From Nitrosopumilus sp. (lineage in GTDB: Archaea > Thermoproteota > Nitrososphaeria > Nitrososphaerales > Nitrosopumilaceae): a DNA stretch of 64,000 nt. The DNA lies in contig OZ243974.1 in NCBI GenBank assembly GCA_965214775.1, positions 288,001 through 352,000 of the forward strand, written 5' to 3'. The position numbers and the translations under genes are program-made. Shown one piece after another: positions 29,524 through 39,370 of the stretch. The stretch's first letter is position 1; each line of letters starts with the position of its first letter. Under the pieces are notes generated by a model, which worked only from the letters and a program-made list of their open reading frames with translations, did no database searches and was not told the DNA's origin.

Positions 29524-31665
29524 ATGAATATTACCACAATAAAATTGTTAAAATTCCTAGCCGAGGGCCCAAGAGAGGCAATTCTGCTGCCAGACCTGCT
29601 TGGAGTAAAAAAGAGGCAGCTTGCATATATAGTCAGAGGTCTCAAGGAGCTAGGCTATGCAGAAAAGGAGGACGGCATCATCAGACTCTTGGAAAATCCA
29701 AAGACCGTACTTTTTAGAGACGTATCCAAGACCGTAGACGTTCAAAGGCTGCTCTGTGGATCAAATGAGACAGTATTCTTATGGCTGGCAGGCGCATCAT
29801 CAGTTGATGAAATAGTGAGAAAATCAGGATTGTCCAGGGCAACGACACACAGGGCTGTTTCAGATCTACAATCCATAGGTGCGATAACAAAAGAGGGGGA
29901 CAAGATAAGAATAAACGAGTCCAAAGAGTCGCTAGGGCAGTTTGCTGCCATGCTGATGACAGAGTACGTACAAAAATACGAGGACGACGGCGCAGAGGTC
30001 ATATACAGGGACGGGCTCCGGACATTAAGAAGGGTTCCTGCAGGAAGAACCGCAAGGGGTGAGACGACTGCCTTTACGCTGTTCTCAGAATACGGTATGG
30101 AATACAGGACAGTTTATGATTACTTTTGCGAGCAGGACGGAGACTTGGACATGCAAGATGTTCTAATGCATGCAGTTTATGCAGCCAGTCACGAAAAAAA
30201 CAGGATGGCGTTGCTGATCAGCATTGTTTTTTATGCAAAGCACAAAGACGGGATGGACACCCTTCAGATGAGAAGAAAGGCAGATGGGATGGGAGTCTCA
30301 AAAGTGTGGCTGGATGTGGAGGCATACATCAGGGGAGGGCAGCTGAAAAACCCAGGCCTGTTTTTGCCGTGGGATGAGTTTGTCTCCAAGGCCGACATGT
30401 ACGAGGTGCCAGCTGAAAAGTATTCCATGCCGGAGCCAAGCGAGTCGTTGTTTGAGGACTGGGGCAGGAAGCTGAGGAAGCCAATGAATGTCTACCTGTT
30501 TGGCGGAGAAAACATGAGGATCAAGAGACTAAAGGACAGCACGAAGGACTGCGACATGGTAGTAGAAAACAAGGAGATCTTTGAGGCTGCCGAGAAAATT
30601 CTTACAAAAAAACTGGGATACAGGCCAGTAATCAAATCAGAGTACTCTGATGAGGACAAGAGAATACATCCTGACGATATTTTTGTCCATGAAAAGAAAA
30701 GCAGGATAGACCTGTTCACGACTAGAATAATGCATGACCTTATACTGTCGTCCCCGATGAGGGAAAAGGCCGACATTCGGAACTATGGGAAGCTCAAGGT
30801 CGGGCTACTTCGAAACGAGCATGTCTTTTTGCTAAAGGCCATTGCAGGCAGGGAGGGCGATATAGAGGACATGGCTGCCTTGGTCAGGGGAGAACCTGAC
30901 GGTCCCCGGGAGTTGCAGCACGGCTCCTTTGACTGGGATCTGGTATGGGATGAAATCCTGCTGCAGGAGGGTATGGATCAGACCAGGGACTTTACGACGG
31001 ATGTTTTTGAGCAGATATCGTACCTTGCGCAGCAAACGGGCATCGTTGCCCCATTTCTAGGCAGGCTGAGAAGGCATGTCATAGACGGCGTGATCAAGAG
31101 AATACTGCATGGCGGCAGCATGCCGATAAAAGAAATGGTGGAGCTGCTAGTTGGTAAGGACAGCGAGTCAATGATTCGAAACAGGATCGATTCGCTAAAA
31201 AAGGCTGGGATCGTCGAAAAGTATCTCATAGGGAGGACGGCACATGTCAGGCTGCTAAAAGGCAATGAATTTGTCAAGAAGGAACTCAAAATGAACATGC
31301 ACTGCCTTGGGAGCTACCTTGACTGGCGTTTTTACCTGAGGCAAAGACAGTCGGATCGGAACATCCGGGAGATGGCAGGGGAGCTAAAAGAGATGGGATT
31401 TCAGACGATCGGGGAGGTCGATGAGGCGGTCAGGAGCTCCGTCGAGGTGCTAAGACGGTACGAGGATGAACAGCTTTCAAAGCGTCGTCTTGACGTGGTT
31501 GGCGCAGCAAGAATCTGCATCGGCCTGCACCGTCCGGAGATCGGTAAAAAACGATCATCAAGATATTTCGTCGACAAGTTTGAAAAATACCACAATATGA
31601 TATCTGGCAGCAGTGCACCACGTCTGACAAGGACGGAGGAAAAACCAGGGTTGAACATGCGTTGA
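29524..31665 (+). CDS. Multi-wHTH plus AbiEii/DUF6036-like nucleotidyltransferase fusion protein
   Basis: N-terminal wHTH segments; YLFGGENM...STKDCDMV, RIDLF and LLKAIAGREGDIED NTase motifs. Confidence 0.75.
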   Translation: MNITTIKLLKFLAEGPREAILLPDLLGVKKRQLAYIVRGLKELGYAEKEDGIIRLLENPKTVLFRDVSKTVDVQRLLCGSNETVFLWLAGASSVDEIVRKSGLSRATTHRAVSDLQSIGAITKEGDKIRINESKESLGQFAAMLMTEYVQKYEDDGAEVIYRDGLRTLRRVPAGRTARGETTAFTLFSEYGMEYRTVYDYFCEQDGDLDMQDVLMHAVYAASHEKNRMALLISIVFYAKHKDGMDTLQMRRKADGMGVSKVWLDVEAYIRGGQLKNPGLFLPWDEFVSKADMYEVPAEKYSMPEPSESLFEDWGRKLRKPMNVYLFGGENMRIKRLKDSTKDCDMVVENKEIFEAAEKILTKKLGYRPVIKSEYSDEDKRIHPDDIFVHEKKSRIDLFTTRIMHDLILSSPMREKADIRNYGKLKVGLLRNEHVFLLKAIAGREGDIEDMAALVRGEPDGPRELQHGSFDWDLVWDEILLQEGMDQTRDFTTDVFEQISYLAQQTGIVAPFLGRLRRHVIDGVIKRILHGGSMPIKEMVELLVGKDSESMIRNRIDSLKKAGIVEKYLIGRTAHVRLLKGNEFVKKELKMNMHCLGSYLDWRFYLRQRQSDRNIREMAGELKEMGFQTIGEVDEAVRSSVEVLRRYEDEQLSKRRLDVVGAARICIGLHRPEIGKKRSSRYFVDKFEKYHNMISGSSAPRLTRTEEKPGLNMR

Positions 31666-32179
31666 GGTTTTCTCCCATATTTTTTGTAATTACAAGCTTG
31701 GCACTGTCATTTGCTTTTTTTACTACTGTCATATAGCAACTGGCAGAAGTCTTTGAGTCAAAACATGGTCAGATTGCCCGTGAAAGACCTCAATTATTTG
31801 TGAGTGCTGATAGTATCCTTTTCAATTAAAAAAAATCCAGGAGGCCATATCCAGTCTTTCCAGAAACATCCTTTAGTAGCGTCCTGCAGGCAGTGACGTA
31901 GTGCGTGCAGGAGGCCTAATTTGTATCGTATCGAATTTGGAGCCATCTTGTGTAAAACTACTGCAGACTGGGCCAGGATGTAGATTTATTATTGAGCATA
32001 ACTGACTTGAATCATGCGAATGTGGTGGGTTGCAATGGCAATAGCAATCGGAATTACATGGGTTGGAATGAATTATCTGCTTCCGTTCAAGTAGCAGGCT
32101 CAAAATTATCACATATTTTCATGTGTGCGGGAGGATTTATGGGAATCATAGCGATCGCTTTAAATTTGCTGAATCATGG

Positions 32180-33223
32180 TTGTCTTTCGGCTTGAGAAAA
32201 GGATTCATCACCAACAGACTGCGCTCCGGAAGAAAGACTATAGAGACATCGTCATCCGTAAAAAGACAGACAAAGACCATACAGGGGGAGAAGTTCGCAT
32301 GGACTGACTTGCAGAATCCCGACAGAAAAGACGTAGAGCAACTAGCTGAAAAATACAACTTCAATGCGCTTAACATCGAGGACTGTATGACAAAATTTGA
32401 ACTTCCAAAACTAGACAGCTATGACGATCACTTTTTCGTAATCTTGCATTTTCCGCCATTGTCGCAAAAAGTGGGGATTTCAAAGAACAGCCAGCTGTCA
32501 ATTTTCCTGGGAAGGGATTTCCTTGTAACGGTTCATCAGGGAGACCTCCAGCCATTAGTGGAACTAGTAGACATCTGCAAGGCAGGCTCATCAGACCGCC
32601 AAAGAAAGGACAGGCTCTTGGGCAAGTCCTCTGGATTCCTGCTTCATGAAATTATTGATGTCCTAGTAGACGATCTGCTTCATACTTCAAGAAAAATCAT
32701 GGTAAATCTTGACGAGATGGAAGACAGGGTCTTTGACGAGACAAAGGCAGTTGCAAGAAACATTGCCCTTTTGCGAAGGGAGATCAACAGGCTAAGAAGG
32801 ATTGCGAATCCCTTGAAGAGATTTGTGCTGGAAATTGCAAAAAGCATCAAATCGTTTTCTGAAAGGGAGGACGAGGAGCTTACGCTGTACTTTGATGATG
32901 TGATTGACCACATTGACAAGGTGATTGAGACGCTAGAAGAGTCAAGGGAGACGATGGAGATCTACAAGGATACCGACTTTGTGCTAAGCACCGAGAAAAC
33001 AAACAAGGTTTTGGCAGTTCTGACAATCATCTTTACGCTGGCAATCCCTTCTACTGTGATCGGCACGTTTTATGGAATGAATGTTGATCTGCCAGGCGGA
33101 ATCGGGGACAGCCCTGTGATTCTAGGGCCGTTTACGACGTTTATCATAGTCATACTGGCATCTGCAGTTCCGGCAATCCTCATGTTTGCCTATTTCAAAA
33201 AATTAGGGTGGATCAACAGCTAA
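32180..33223 (+). CDS. corA: CorA-family Mg2+/Co2+ transporter
   Basis: GTFYGMN signature and two C-terminal TM helices; start approximate. Confidence 0.92.
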   Translation: MSFGLRKGFITNRLRSGRKTIETSSSVKRQTKTIQGEKFAWTDLQNPDRKDVEQLAEKYNFNALNIEDCMTKFELPKLDSYDDHFFVILHFPPLSQKVGISKNSQLSIFLGRDFLVTVHQGDLQPLVELVDICKAGSSDRQRKDRLLGKSSGFLLHEIIDVLVDDLLHTSRKIMVNLDEMEDRVFDETKAVARNIALLRREINRLRRIANPLKRFVLEIAKSIKSFSEREDEELTLYFDDVIDHIDKVIETLEESRETMEIYKDTDFVLSTEKTNKVLAVLTIIFTLAIPSTVIGTFYGMNVDLPGGIGDSPVILGPFTTFIIVILASAVPAILMFAYFKKLGWINS

Positions 33224-33301
33224 ATTCCAAAAATATCAGGATCATCTGCCAGATCAGGAAATAATGAGCTTAGATAAATACGAGACATTCGTACAAAAAT
33301 T

Positions 33302-33553
33302 ATGGGTAAAATCAAAATCAGAACTGGCAGAGGCACAGGCACCATAGAAGTGGACAGTGACGCTACAAAGTGGTCCGGTGACGAGTTCAGGAAAATTCAG
33401 GAAGCAAGAAAGAAAGCTGCTGCCGGCAGGACAGTATCCTCAGGCAGGGGCACCGGAAGAAGGAAGTTAAGCGACATGCCAGAGCCAAAAGACAGGCCAG
33501 AATACAAGGGAAGAATCAGTTCTGGACGAGGTACCGGTTCTAGAAAAAAATAG
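33302..33553 (+). CDS. Small basic protein with three (S/T)GRGTG motifs
   Basis: 83-aa ORF. Confidence 0.65.
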   Translation: MGKIKIRTGRGTGTIEVDSDATKWSGDEFRKIQEARKKAAAGRTVSSGRGTGRRKLSDMPEPKDRPEYKGRISSGRGTGSRKK

Positions 33554-33624
33554 AAAAAAGAGCAAAATCTTAACTTTTCATTTTTATGATCATTCACCTA
33601 GAGTATTCTCTTGAAGAATGCGGG

Positions 33625-34293
33625 CTAGATCTTGACATCATCAGTGCTTTCTGCCCTGAGCTTGTCCCAGTCGGCAAGGAAGTTTTCCAATCCGGTCTTG
33701 GTCAGCGGGTGCAAAAACATCTTGTCTAGGACCGCAGGAGGCAGCGTGACTATGTCTGCGCCAATCTTTGCCGCATCAACGACATGCAGCGGGTGGCGAA
33801 CGCTTGCGACTAGAATCTCGGCTCCAAGATCATAGTGTGAAAAGATTTCCTTTATCTCCCTGATCAGATGCATTCCGTCTTGGCTGATGTCATCGAGTCT
33901 TCCAATGAACGGACTGACATATTTTGCTCCGGACTTGGCAGCCAGCAATGCCTGGCTTGCAGAAAAGATCAGTGTAACGTTTACGGGAATTCCTTGAGAA
34001 GAAAGTGATCTGCATGCCTTTAGTCCGTCAGGGGTCATGGGAACTTTGACCACCACGTTCTTGCCATATTCTCTCAGACGTCTTCCCTCCTCGACCATTC
34101 CTGCAAAATTGGTACTTACAACTTCCAGGCTGACATCCCCCTTGACGATTGAAGTGATTTGAGCCATCACATCTTTTGGATTTCGGCCTTCCTTGGACAT
34201 CAAAGACGGATTGGTGGTGATTCCGTCCAGCAGTCCCATGTCGTTGAATCTCCTAATTGATTCCAGATTGGCTGTATCAAGAAAAATTTTCAT
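33625..34293 (-). CDS. tal: Transaldolase (FSA/TalC type)
   Basis: IFLDTA, GITTNPS, VVKVP, VNVTLIFS, YVSPFIGRLDD. Confidence 0.95.
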   Translation of the reverse strand: MKIFLDTANLESIRRFNDMGLLDGITTNPSLMSKEGRNPKDVMAQITSIVKGDVSLEVVSTNFAGMVEEGRRLREYGKNVVVKVPMTPDGLKACRSLSSQGIPVNVTLIFSASQALLAAKSGAKYVSPFIGRLDDISQDGMHLIREIKEIFSHYDLGAEILVASVRHPLHVVDAAKIGADIVTLPPAVLDKMFLHPLTKTGLENFLADWDKLRAESTDDVKI

Positions 34294-35546
34294 GGCTTTT
34301 TGCTCCTCAGCTCTTTTGCCTGTTTTGCTATATTAACTGATGTTATGCCGTGTTTTTCCAAGAGGAGCGGAATTTCATCATCTCTGGCAGATTCGCCAAA
34401 CATGTCCTGGGCGCCAATACGCCTGACATGCACCGGATAGGATTCGGAGACTGATTCTGCCACTGCAGAGCCCAGACCTCCAAAGATATTGTGCTCTTCG
34501 GCAGTTACGATACAGCCAGTCTCCCTTGCGGCTTTTTCCAGAATCCCGTTGTCGATGGGCTTGATGGAGAACATGTCAAGCACCCTGCATGAGATTCCGT
34601 CCCGTTGCAGGGATTCGGCGGCCTCTAATGCCATGTGGACCGTAATTCCGCATGCGGCAATCGTGCAATCGGCCCCGTCTCTGATTGTGATGCCTTTTCC
34701 AGTACTGAATTCCTGGGATTCAGAGTGCACCAGAGGGGTTTTGGAACGGGCCATTCTCATATAAAACGGGCCGTATTGGTTTGCCATCAGTCTGGTTAAT
34801 TTTGAGACAGCAATTGTATCGGCAGGAATAAAGACCCTAAAGTTGGGAATCGCACGCATGATCGCAATGTCCTCAAGCTGCTGATGGGAGCCGCCATCAG
34901 GCCCGACAGATAGCCCGCCATGAGAGACCACCAGTTTTACATCGAGTCCTCTACCCCTCTGCATCTTTTTTCCAGTAGGAGACATGGGCGGGGGGTTGGG
35001 AGGAGGAGGAGGAATGGAGGAAGGGGGGTTGGGAGGAGGAGGAATGGAGGAAGGGGGGTTGGGAGGAGGAGGAATGGAGGAAGGGGGGTTGGGAGGAGGA
35101 GGAATGGAGGAAGGGGGGTTGGGAGGAGGAGGAATGGAGGAAGGGGGGTTGGGAGGAGGAGGAATGGAGGAAGGGGGGTTGGGAGGAGGAGGAATGGAGG
35201 AAGGGGAGGAAGGGGAGGAAGGGGAGGAAGGGGAGGAATAGAAAGGAGAAGGATATGCAATGTTGTTTCTTATTTGGTCGACTGCGCGTCCGGGAAGGAA
35301 GATTGCATACGTGCTTGCAAAAGACGTCTTTCCAGAGGCGGCAAGACCGGCAGAAATTGTAACAAGGTTTGCCTCGGCGATTCCTACATTGAAGAACCTG
35401 TCGGGAAATTCCCTTCCAAAGCCTGACGTTTTTAACGAATCGGTGGTGTCTGCTCCCAGAACTATGATGTCAGGATTTTCCCTTCCCAGCAGGATCAGAG
35501 ACTTGGAATACTCAGAACGCATGTCAGTCATTACGGCATCATTCAT
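34290..35546 (-). CDS. tkt: Transketolase C-terminal subunit with a Pro-rich insertion
   Basis: FFNVGIAEAN, DGGSHQ, TAEEHN; start ATG 35546. Confidence 0.92.
   Translation of the reverse strand: MNDAVMTDMRSEYSKSLILLGRENPDIIVLGADTTDSLKTSGFGREFPDRFFNVGIAEANLVTISAGLAASGKTSFASTYAIFLPGRAVDQIRNNIAYPSPFYSSPSSPSSPSSPSSIPPPPNPPSSIPPPPNPPSSIPPPPNPPSSIPPPPNPPSSIPPPPNPPSSIPPPPNPPSSIPPPPPNPPPMSPTGKKMQRGRGLDVKLVVSHGGLSVGPDGGSHQQLEDIAIMRAIPNFRVFIPADTIAVSKLTRLMANQYGPFYMRMARSKTPLVHSESQEFSTGKGITIRDGADCTIAACGITVHMALEAAESLQRDGISCRVLDMFSIKPIDNGILEKAARETGCIVTAEEHNIFGGLGSAVAESVSESYPVHVRRIGAQDMFGESARDDEIPLLLEKHGITSVNIAKQAKELRSKKP
34990..35237. repeat. 30-bp in-frame tandem repeat x7 (PPSSIPPPPN) plus 9-bp repeats
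   Basis: GGAATGGAGGAAGGGGGGTTGGGAGGAGGA units. Confidence 0.95.
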
Positions 35547-37216
35547 ACAAAACCTGCCTCCTGCGCAATTTTTCTGATCTGCTCCTGCTTTTCTCCGGCC
35601 ACATGGAGGCCGATCCATTTGTGCACCAGTTCAGAGCCCCCAAGCTGGTTGGCTTTCTCAAGAAGCTGCCTTCTTCGGGATTTCAGGATCTCGTCTCTGA
35701 AATCCCGGATTGCGGCCCTTACGTCTTGCTGACCAACGATCGCCCCGCCGCCAACAAAAGATCTGGCGCCATCGGCAAATACAGAGCCGACATTCTCCAG
35801 ATTTACGCCTCCGTCAGCCTCTATACATCCGGAGAAACCATGCTGAGACAGCAGGGAGTTTAGCCGGGCCATCTTCTCATGCGTGGCTTCAATGTATCTT
35901 TGACCGGATTCTCCGGGAACAACAGACATTACAATGATTTGATCTAGCGTGGGGATGAACCTGTAGGCCCACTCTGGAAATTCCGTCTCGGGGTTTACTG
36001 CAAAGCCGACACCGACCTGGTTTTGTTTTAGCAGATCATGGATTTCGCCGAAGCTTGACTCGTCTGTGGCCTCGGCATGCACGGTTACGACGTCACTTCC
36101 CGCATCAATATAGTCCCGGACGTGTTTTACGGGATCGTTTATCATCAGATGGGCATCAAAGGGGATTACCGTCAGCGGCCTTAGTTCTTTGATTTTTGCA
36201 TGATCAAACGTCTTGTTTGGGACAAACTGGCCGTCCATCACGTCAAGATGAATGCAGTCAGCCCTGCCATTTACGCATCTTTTAACCTCGTTTTCAAGGT
36301 TTGTCATGTCGCCTGCAATAATGGAAGGCGCAATCATGAATTGCGAGTCCAGTTCCTGTCCGATGATCGGGACTACATCCGAATCGGGAGCCTTTCCATG
36401 CCATTGGGGGTTGTCTTCCATGTGCTCGACTGATTTTCCTTTGACGGTTCTGCAGACGATTATTGTGGGAACGCCTTTTGTTGCGTCTGCCTTTTTAATT
36501 GCAGCATCTACCTGTTCTATGCGGTGGCCGTCAACCTCTATTACGTTCCATCCAAATGACCTCCATTTGTCGCCGGTCTTCCACCTTGATGCGTCCTTCC
36601 ACATATCTGAGAGGTCGTCGTCTCCTTCCAGTCTTTGGTCTAATGGCATGACTAGTTCGGTGTAAGAGTCTTGCTGGATGAAGTTCCTGTCCAAAAACAC
36701 AGTCAGGTTGTCTACCTTGTATTTGGACGCAGTCATGGCGGCCTCCCAGACCTGGCCCTCGTCGGATTCACCGTCGCCGATAATTGTGTAAACACGGTAT
36801 CTTTTCGAATCCAGTTTTCCGGCAAGTGCGATTCCAATCGAATAAGACAGGCCGGTACCAAGGGAGCCTCCGCAGAACTCGACTCCCGGACATTTGAGAT
36901 CAGGATGGCCCTGCAATCTGCTTCCAAACTTTCTCAGGGTTTCAATCTCTGCCTCTGGAAAATATCCGGCAACTGCCATGTTGGAGAAGAGGCCGGGCGC
37001 GGCATGACCCTTGGATAGGACCAGGCGATCCCGGTCTTCCCATCCAGGGTTGCCGGGATCAAATTTCAGGTGTTTGTAAAACAGGCATCCAAGAATCTCA
37101 GCCATGGAAAAGGAGCCTCCTGGATGTCCGGAGCCGGCGCTGCTGGTGCCTTTAATGACCAGCTTGCGGGCTCGAAGAACCTTCCTTTTGATCTGATAAT
37201 AGTCAAGCCCCGCCAT
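35543..37216 (-). CDS. rpe: Transketolase N-terminal subunit fused to ribulose-phosphate 3-epimerase
   Basis: SGHPGGS, LSKGHA, GDGE then IAPSI, HLDVMDGQFVPN, ADGG. Confidence 0.93.
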   Translation of the reverse strand: MAGLDYYQIKRKVLRARKLVIKGTSSAGSGHPGGSFSMAEILGCLFYKHLKFDPGNPGWEDRDRLVLSKGHAAPGLFSNMAVAGYFPEAEIETLRKFGSRLQGHPDLKCPGVEFCGGSLGTGLSYSIGIALAGKLDSKRYRVYTIIGDGESDEGQVWEAAMTASKYKVDNLTVFLDRNFIQQDSYTELVMPLDQRLEGDDDLSDMWKDASRWKTGDKWRSFGWNVIEVDGHRIEQVDAAIKKADATKGVPTIIVCRTVKGKSVEHMEDNPQWHGKAPDSDVVPIIGQELDSQFMIAPSIIAGDMTNLENEVKRCVNGRADCIHLDVMDGQFVPNKTFDHAKIKELRPLTVIPFDAHLMINDPVKHVRDYIDAGSDVVTVHAEATDESSFGEIHDLLKQNQVGVGFAVNPETEFPEWAYRFIPTLDQIIVMSVVPGESGQRYIEATHEKMARLNSLLSQHGFSGCIEADGGVNLENVGSVFADGARSFVGGGAIVGQQDVRAAIRDFRDEILKSRRRQLLEKANQLGGSELVHKWIGLHVAGEKQEQIRKIAQEAGFV

Positions 37217-37781
37217 CTCGATCGTTATCGTGTCAAATTTAATAAAAATCTACTTCTAAACAGCCTTCCCAAAAGCACCCTATTCATGGCAGTGCAGACG
37301 GCTGTATGCGGATCTGCAGGAGGCTTGGGCAGCTGTTTTGAGCTTGGGCAGCTGTTTTGAGCTTGGGCCGTTTGTTTTTACCTGGAACTTTTGGAAAGAC
37401 TGACGATCAGACGTTGTGGTGTGCCGTATGAGGATCATGTTTGTTGGTCATGACGTTCCAGCCCACCTGCCCACCTGCCCACCCACCTGTCTGTCCGTTT
37501 TGGGTAGCTTTTCCTGATCGCATACGAGGCATCCTAGACTTTTCACGGGATACTCTCGGCAGCAGATCCTACGAGGCAAAAAGGGACTGATCAAGCATGT
37601 GACAAGCCTCTTCCCGCAGGTAAAAAAACACCAAGAGCCAAGATTCGTTGATCATCTTTGGTGATTTTTGACAAATTTCAATTTTTTAGGCACGGTTATG
37701 CAACAAACTTGGCCTAGGGGGCAAACTCATCTGAGGCCAAGGCAAAGTTTTTACACATATTTTACGTATGTTTTGTGACAT

Positions 37782-38627
37782 ATGAATATCACAAAGAATA
37801 CACAAAATATACGCAAAGGACTATCAGACAGAGAGGCGGCATTGCTGAGTATGCTTGCCAGAGATGGCAGGTCAGTCATAGGATACGAGGATGTCTCAAA
37901 TGCAGTACACGCATCCTATCAGAACGCAAGAAAGATCGTAGAGAGGCTAACCAAGAAAAGATGGCTGATACAGATAGCAAGGGGAAGATACCTTATTTCG
38001 CCGCTGAGTGCAGGAATAGAATCCGAATACACGGAACACGAGTTTGTCATGGCGTCTAGTCTTGCCGCAGGCAGACCGTACTATATCGCATACTGGACTG
38101 CGTTGAACCATTACGGATACACGGAGCAAACCCCACTTGTCGTATCTGTTGCAACTACCTCCAGAATATCAAATGCCGTTGTACATGGCGTAAGATACAA
38201 GTTTATCACAATAGGCAAGGCAAAGTTCTTTGGCACAAGAAGCCTCCTTGTCGGAGGCAAAAAAATCACAATCTCCGACAGGAACAAGACAATGGCAGAT
38301 GCCCTGGATCATCCAGAATACTGCGGCGGGATAGAGGAGGTTGCAAAATGCCTGTGGAATGCAAGAGACGACGTGTCGTTTGAGAAAATTGTCGACTATT
38401 CAAAAAGGATACAAAACAGCACGGCAATCAAAAGACTCGGCTACCTGACTGATGTGCTTGGAATGGATGTGCCCTCCCCTTTATACGATCAAATGCGCGG
38501 CCTGATCGGGTCGGGACTCTCCCTGCTAGACCCCCACTCAACTAAAAGCAAGAAATCCAATCCAAGGTGGAGACTATTTGTAAACGCGTCAACAGATGCC
38601 ATTCTGGAGGCAAAATCTACGGCATAG
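37782..38627 (+). CDS. Type IV TA antitoxin, AbiEi-like
   Basis: N-terminal wHTH, YIAYWTALNHYGYTEQTP, KTMADALDHPEYCGG, KRLGYL. Confidence 0.85.
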   Translation: MNITKNTQNIRKGLSDREAALLSMLARDGRSVIGYEDVSNAVHASYQNARKIVERLTKKRWLIQIARGRYLISPLSAGIESEYTEHEFVMASSLAAGRPYYIAYWTALNHYGYTEQTPLVVSVATTSRISNAVVHGVRYKFITIGKAKFFGTRSLLVGGKKITISDRNKTMADALDHPEYCGGIEEVAKCLWNARDDVSFEKIVDYSKRIQNSTAIKRLGYLTDVLGMDVPSPLYDQMRGLIGSGLSLLDPHSTKSKKSNPRWRLFVNASTDAILEAKSTA

Positions 38628-39370
38628 GTGATTAGAAGTTCTTACCGATGAGCAGATACGAGTGCTTGCAAGACAGCAGAAAAAGCCAGCAGGAGTGATT
38701 GACAAGGACTATGCGCTAGAATGGCTACTGCATGGCATCTATCACAAGGACTCGGGGATCAGAGACGCGGTGATCCTCAAGGGAGGTACGGCGATAAGAA
38801 AGGTATTCTTTGCCCAAACGTGGAGATTTTCCGAAGACCTCGACTTTACAATACTTCCAGGCACGGATCCGAAGACCATAACATCCGGCTTTGAAGAGGT
38901 TTATGACATCTTGGAGAATGAGGGAGGCATCAAATACGAGGGAGAGCTAAACGTTCCTGGCAGCGGGCGAGCAGTCTTGGGATTCGTTCATTTTACAGGC
39001 CCAATTGGAATGAAGAACAGGATAAAAATCGATGCGTCAAGAATAGAAAAAATGGCAGATTCTGTATCCATGCAAACAGTAACTGCATCTTATGCAGACC
39101 TCGAGGATTTCCCGGTAAGCAGCTACACGCTCAACGAGACAGCATCCGAAAAGATTCGTAGCACCATGCAGCGAAGCAAGGCAAGGGATTACTATGACAT
39201 CTGGAAGATGTTTGGAAAAGACAGCCCACGTGACATTGATGTTGAGTTGGTTGGAGACATGGTAAGGCGCAAGTGTGCAATCAACGATATAGAGTACAAT
39301 CCATCAAAAATCTTTGATGCTGGCCGTCTTGATGGATTAAAAGAGCATTGGGAAAAGGAGCTAGGCAGAC

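Noticed and set aside
34920-35426. Gly/Arg-rich alternative ORFs
   Set aside because: Shadow frames of the 30-bp repeat in the transketolase gene.
35543-37216. Transketolase-Rpe fusion as a novelty
   Set aside because: To my knowledge this fusion is usual in Nitrosopumilaceae.
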